64,000 nt of DNA from an uncultured Lentimicrobiaceae bacterium (GTDB lineage Bacteria > Bacteroidota > Bacteroidia > Bacteroidales > JAGNHN01): NCBI GenBank assembly GCA_964590645.1, contig CAZPYJ010000021.1:5121-69120 (forward strand), written 5' to 3'. A model generated the notes under the pieces. It saw only the letters and a program-made list of their open reading frames with translations, did not search any database and had not been told where the DNA came from. A program made the translations under genes and the position numbers. Shown here piece by piece: positions 59,819 to 64,000 of the stretch (position 1 is its first letter; every line of letters starts with the position of its first letter).

Positions 59819-59953
59819 GAGCATTGGATGGATATGCTTTCCATTTCCAATATCCGATTTTCAATGTTCAGGGAGACTGGTATAGAGTACTGAATATGAA
59901 GCACTGTATCAATACCTGAACAGATTGCTCGGCAAGCGCAGTGCTTCGGCTGT

Positions 59954-60604
59954 TCAGCTGATCTCCTTCATTATGGCGGCCACAATGTTCTCTGCTCCTT
60001 GAGCAATCTGCAAAATATTGGCATCCAGCATATAACAAGGAGTGGTAAAGAGCTTCAGGCGGGCATCCTTGACCACTTCTCCGTGTCCTGTTTTCAAATG
60101 CGTTCCCCCCATTGCCTCTACAGCCCCGGCGGTATCAGGATCTGCACCAATAGTAACATTGACCCTTTCAAATACTTTGGCCAGCAAGACAGGGGAAATG
60201 CAAAGCGCACCCACTGCTTTGCCCTCTGCCACCGTCTCACGCAAGGCCGCCTCCACCTCCGGATCTACCGTCATCTCCGCCCCTTTGAAAGCAAAATCAC
60301 ATAGATTCTTCGCAGCGCCAAAGCCACCCGGGAGGAGAAGGGCATCGAAATCAGCAGCCTTGTACTCCGACAATGCTTTGATCTGTCCACGGGCAATCCG
60401 GGCCGACTCCACCAATACATTCCGGGATTCCGGCATCTCTTCTCCTGTCAGGTGGTTGATCACGTGATGTTGAGGCTTATCCGGTGCGAACAGGCTGTAG
60501 GTAGCCCCGTGCTTCATAATGGCCCAGAGGCTGAGGGTCGCTTCGTGAATTTCAGCGCCGTCGTAGACGCCACAACCGGAAAGCAATACTGCAAATTTCT
60601 TCAT
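59954..60604 (-). CDS. elbB: ElbB-like DJ-1/PfpI family protein (glyoxalase III-like)
   Basis: Start trimmed to MKKFAVLLSGCGVYDGAEIHE; LLLPGGFGAAKNL; ALCISP. Confidence 0.85.
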   Translation of the reverse strand: MKKFAVLLSGCGVYDGAEIHEATLSLWAIMKHGATYSLFAPDKPQHHVINHLTGEEMPESRNVLVESARIARGQIKALSEYKAADFDALLLPGGFGAAKNLCDFAFKGAEMTVDPEVEAALRETVAEGKAVGALCISPVLLAKVFERVNVTIGADPDTAGAVEAMGGTHLKTGHGEVVKDARLKLFTTPCYMLDANILQIAQGAENIVAAIMKEIS

Positions 60605-60678
60605 CTTCCTACATCTTATTGGGTTTCTCCACGAAAGTAAGAAAATCCCTAATTTCGGGAAAACAAAGCGGCCCGGCA

Positions 60679-61359
60679 ATGTGTGGAAGATTCTCTCTTA
60701 CGGTGCAGGAAACAGATCTGGAGGCCTTCTTCGGCCTGGAGGAAACGAATGGAATGTATGTGCCACGCTACAATGGCGCACCAGGCCAGGCCTTGCCGGT
60801 CATCCTCGCTGCAAAGCCTCCTCAACTCAGGTTCTTCCGCTGGGGCCTGGTGCCTTCCTGGGCCAAAGATCCGCGCATCGGGTATAAAATGATCAATGCC
60901 AGAGCCGAGACCGTAATGGAGAAACCGGCTTTTCGCAAAGCTTTTGCCAAACAGCGATGTCTGATTCCGGCCGATGGATTCTACGAATGGGAAAAACGCG
61001 GGAAGGAGAAAGTCCCGTACCGCATTCACCTGAATAGCAACGACATATTTGCAATGGCCGGGATCTGGGAAAGCTGGAAGGATGCAGAAGGCCTGAGTCT
61101 GCACACTTTCTCTATTCTCACCACCCGGGCCAATGCCCTGGTTGAACCCATCCATCCAAGAATGCCGGTCATTCTGCCCCGGGAAAGCTATGACTCCTAC
61201 CTGTATGGCAACAGCAAGGAAGCCTGTGACTGTCTGAAACCTTACCCGGCAGCCGAAATGCAAGCCTATACCATCTCTTCCCTGGTGAACCATCCGGCCA
61301 ACGACAGGCCCGAAATCCTTGAACCCCGGGACTATCCAAACTCCCGTCTGTTTGAATAA
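60679..61359 (+). CDS. yedK: SOS-response-associated peptidase (SRAP/YedK, abasic-site processing protein)
   Basis: The mandatory MCGRF N-terminus (Cys2) is at the ATG at 60679; also FRWGLVPSW and GFYEW motifs. Confidence 0.92.
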   Translation: MCGRFSLTVQETDLEAFFGLEETNGMYVPRYNGAPGQALPVILAAKPPQLRFFRWGLVPSWAKDPRIGYKMINARAETVMEKPAFRKAFAKQRCLIPADGFYEWEKRGKEKVPYRIHLNSNDIFAMAGIWESWKDAEGLSLHTFSILTTRANALVEPIHPRMPVILPRESYDSYLYGNSKEACDCLKPYPAAEMQAYTISSLVNHPANDRPEILEPRDYPNSRLFE

Positions 61360-61419
61360 GTAATGGATTATTTAAGGCAGGGATGCAACAGAGCCCGGAT
61401 GTCGGTGCTGACTTATGCT

Positions 61420-61427
61420 TAACTTTG
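61420..61427 (+). promoter_or_regulatory. -7 promoter box (TAACTTTG) upstream of the lipoprotein-mrdA-rodA genes
   Basis: TAACTTTG lies 8 nt upstream of the ATG at 61436; it sits inside the over-extended track ORF that starts at 61415. Confidence 0.4.
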
Positions 61428-61435
61428 TGGCTGGT

Positions 61436-61951
61436 ATGCGACAGTTAAGAAAAATATGGCCGGCTTTGCCGGTGCTCCTGTTCCTCCTCCCCTCCTGCAT
61501 CGAGAGGGAGACCTATCCTGACGTGCCCAGGATAGAATTCCGGCGCTTTGAAAAGATCGACAATGGACTGGCATACGACGACAAGGGCATCCTAACCATT
61601 GGGTTTACGGATGGGGACGGAGACCTGGGCCTGGGATCCAACGAGATATACCCGCCCTATGATACCGGCAGTATGTATTACTACAACTTCTTCATTACTT
61701 ATTATGAAAAACAGCAAGGGGAATTTGTTGCTGTAGATCTTCCTTTTACCAATCATTCCCGTTTTCCCATTCTCAACACAAGCGGCTCAGACAAACCCCT
61801 GCGTGGAGAGATATCCATCGAGCTGTTTATCAACAACTTTTCTTCACCATACGATACCATTCGCTTTGATGCCTTCATCACCGACCGTGCATTGAACCAC
61901 AGCGATACCATCACCACCCCACCCATTCTGATCCAAAAAGTCGAACAATGA
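61436..61951 (+). CDS. lipoprotein of unknown function, immediately upstream of mrdA
   Basis: MRQLRKIWPALPVLLFLLPSC lipobox; soluble ~150-aa body with no recognisable motif. Confidence 0.7.
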   Translation: MRQLRKIWPALPVLLFLLPSCIERETYPDVPRIEFRRFEKIDNGLAYDDKGILTIGFTDGDGDLGLGSNEIYPPYDTGSMYYYNFFITYYEKQQGEFVAVDLPFTNHSRFPILNTSGSDKPLRGEISIELFINNFSSPYDTIRFDAFITDRALNHSDTITTPPILIQKVEQ

Positions 61952-61966
61952 GATGAGGCTGCTGCG

Positions 61967-63802
61967 ATGAATAGACTTTACGCCAACCGCAGATATTTCC
62001 TGTCCGCCGGCATCCTTCTGATTGGGTTGGTTTATCTTCTGCGCCTTTTTTATTTACAGATCATCGACGACAGCTATGTGCTGTATGCGCAAAGCAATGC
62101 GATACGGCAGACTACGGTTTATCCTGCGCGGGGACTGATTTATGACCGTCAGGGGAAGCTGTTGGTGTACAATGAAGCCGCTTATGATCTGATGGTGACA
62201 CCGGGGCAGATAAAGGCCTTTGATACCCTCACTCTTTGCCATCTTTTGCAGATCGAAAAAGAGGATCTGATCTCCCGACTGGATAAAGCCCGAAAATACA
62301 GCCGTTTCAAACCCTCTCCCCTTATCACCCAGTTGAGCAAGCAGGAGTTCGGATTCCTGGAGGAGAAGCTTTTTCAGTTCCCCGGCTTCTTTGTCCAGCC
62401 CCGTACCCTTCGTCAATATCCGCTCCCCATTGCGGCCCACGTGCTGGGCTACGTGGGGGAAGTTTCCGAATCAAAGATTTCCCGCGATCCATATTACAGG
62501 ATGGGCGACTACATCGGGATCAGCGGGGTGGAAGCCATCTATGAAGATATTTTGCGCGGACAAAAAGGCTCCCGCCTGGTGCTGGTGGATGTGTTTAACC
62601 GGGAAAAAGGCTCTTATGCCGAGGGCAAATACGATACCCTGGCTCACAAAGGTGCCGACCTTGTCCTCACCCTCGATGCAGCGCTCCAGGCTTATGGCGA
62701 AAAGCTAATGGCCTACAAGAAAGGGAGCATCGTGGCCATTGAGCCATCCAGCGGAGAGATCCTGGCCCTGGTCAGCAGTCCGGGCTATGATCCCAACCTC
62801 CTTGTTGGCAGGGTCAGGGGAAGGCATTATCAGACCTTGCTCGAAGATACCCTGACTCCCCTTTTCAACAGGGCTCTGATGGCCAATTACTCTCCGGGAA
62901 GCATCTTCAAGATTGTGGATGCCCTGATCGGGCTGCAGAACGGAGCCATTACACCCTATACCGATTTTTCCTGCAACCGGTCGCTGGTCAACTGTCACGA
63001 TCATCCACCTAATCTGAATCTGACCAGGGCCATCCAATACAGCTGTAACCCCTATTTCTATCTGGTGTACAAAAGGCTGATCCAACCCGGGAAATCTTCC
63101 AGTATCTATGCCGACAGCGAAGAGGGCTTGAGGCAATGGCACCTCCAGGTCACGCAAATGGGGATGGGCCACACCCTGGGCATTGACCTGCCCTCGGAGA
63201 AGCCGGGCCTCATCCCCGATGTCGCCTTTTACAATCGCTGGTACGGGCCACGCCGCTGGGCTTTCAGCACCATCTATTCCAATGGCATCGGCCAGGGAGA
63301 AGTGCAGGTGGTTCCCCTGCAAATGGCCAACCTGGCGGCCATCATTGCCAACCGCGGGTTTTATTATCCTCCCCATCTCCTGAAGGAGGTGCAGGGAATG
63401 GAATATCCCCGATCGGAATACCGCGAAAAGCAACATAGTGGTATCGATGAACAGCATTTCGAAATCGTGGTGGAGGCGATGCGGGCGGTAACGGAAGAAG
63501 CCGGTGGCACAGCCTGGCGGGCCCGGGTTCCGGGCATTACGGTCTGTGGAAAAACAGGTACCGTAGAGAATCCCGGAGCCGACCATAGCGGTTTTTTCGC
63601 CTTCGCACCAATGCATCAGCCCCGCATCGCCATTGCAGTATATGTGGAAAATGCCGGTTTTGGCGGAACCTGGGCTGCCCCCATCGCCAGCCTGATGATA
63701 GAGAAGTACCTCAAGGGCAGCATATCCGATCCGCTGAAAGAGCAGCGTATCCTGGACCTAAAAATGGTAGGCCTTGCGCAAAGAAACGAACATACGGAGT
63801 AG
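61967..63802 (+). CDS. mrdA: penicillin-binding protein 2 (elongasome transpeptidase)
   Basis: SxxK (SPGSIFK), SxN (YSCN) and KTGT (CGKTGTVE) motifs; N-terminal TM anchor. Confidence 0.95.
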   Translation: MNRLYANRRYFLSAGILLIGLVYLLRLFYLQIIDDSYVLYAQSNAIRQTTVYPARGLIYDRQGKLLVYNEAAYDLMVTPGQIKAFDTLTLCHLLQIEKEDLISRLDKARKYSRFKPSPLITQLSKQEFGFLEEKLFQFPGFFVQPRTLRQYPLPIAAHVLGYVGEVSESKISRDPYYRMGDYIGISGVEAIYEDILRGQKGSRLVLVDVFNREKGSYAEGKYDTLAHKGADLVLTLDAALQAYGEKLMAYKKGSIVAIEPSSGEILALVSSPGYDPNLLVGRVRGRHYQTLLEDTLTPLFNRALMANYSPGSIFKIVDALIGLQNGAITPYTDFSCNRSLVNCHDHPPNLNLTRAIQYSCNPYFYLVYKRLIQPGKSSSIYADSEEGLRQWHLQVTQMGMGHTLGIDLPSEKPGLIPDVAFYNRWYGPRRWAFSTIYSNGIGQGEVQVVPLQMANLAAIIANRGFYYPPHLLKEVQGMEYPRSEYREKQHSGIDEQHFEIVVEAMRAVTEEAGGTAWRARVPGITVCGKTGTVENPGADHSGFFAFAPMHQPRIAIAVYVENAGFGGTWAAPIASLMIEKYLKGSISDPLKEQRILDLKMVGLAQRNEHTE

Positions 63803-64000
63803 CATCGATTGGATCAGCATCCTGCTATACTCCCTGCTGGTTGGTCTGGGATGGCTCAGCATTTATGCTGCCAGCTTCAATCCCGAGCATCCGGGGCTCT
63901 TCGACCTGGGTACACGGCACGGGAAACAACTTCTGTGGATCCTTACTGCTCTGGTCATCATTTTTCTGGTGATGATGACAGAACCCAAATTTTTCAGTGC
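63774..64000 (+). CDS. rodA: rod shape-determining protein RodA (SEDS family), N-terminal part only
   Basis: Not in the track because there is no stop in the window. The frame opens after a TAG at 63768-63770. A TTG at 63774 gives (M)RKETNIRSSIDWISILLYSLLVGLGWLSIYAASF, the typical RodA N-terminus. It overlaps the mrdA end by 29 nt. Confidence 0.8.
   Translation, partial: MRKETNIRSSIDWISILLYSLLVGLGWLSIYAASFNPEHPGLFDLGTRHGKQLLWILTALVIIFLVMMTEPKFFS

Overview
This is a 64-kb chromosomal window from a Bacteroidota-type genome of roughly 50% GC. The phylum call rests on a T9SS C-terminal sorting domain, recurrent TAnnTTTG -7 promoter boxes, an F-ATPase operon lacking beta/epsilon, and DUF4292/DUF4837/DUF2723-type genes. 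Most of the window is housekeeping: S41 peptidase, ferritin, atpBEFHAG, glnS, yceD-rpmF-plsX-fabH, leuS, yicC-gmk-nadD, dut, a TPR/DUF4292/EnvC-like envelope cluster, tatA, an MltD-like transglycosylase, DPP-IV, comF, elbB, yedK and mrdA-rodA. The stand-out is a 12-kb accessory block at 33.2-45.4 kb that looks like a chaperone/usher-type fimbrial system built from DUF4402-type subunits (C-termini ...VAYN). It contains a PapD-like periplasmic chaperone, an 854-aa usher-sized outer-membrane candidate, four intact subunit genes and one decayed one. These are fused in one operon to a cytoplasmic multi-PAS/GAF hybrid histidine kinase, a stand-alone Hpt protein and an NtrC-type sigma-54 activator. 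The major subunit gene is present twice as direct repeats that bracket the regulatory/assembly operon. The two copies share a 487-bp perfectly identical segment covering the promoter and the 5' three quarters of the gene. Each copy carries a near-consensus -24/-12 element and a conserved upstream palindrome. An unusual array of mixed 8/9-nt tandem repeats lies upstream of the second copy. Other notable items are a low-GC IS110-family insertion between fabH and leuS with a structured non-coding tail, a 1077-aa single-chain fusion of HcnA/HcnB/HcnC-like redox modules, and a small tatA gene missed by the ORF track. All calls come from reading the sequence and ORF translations by eye; no database search was run.
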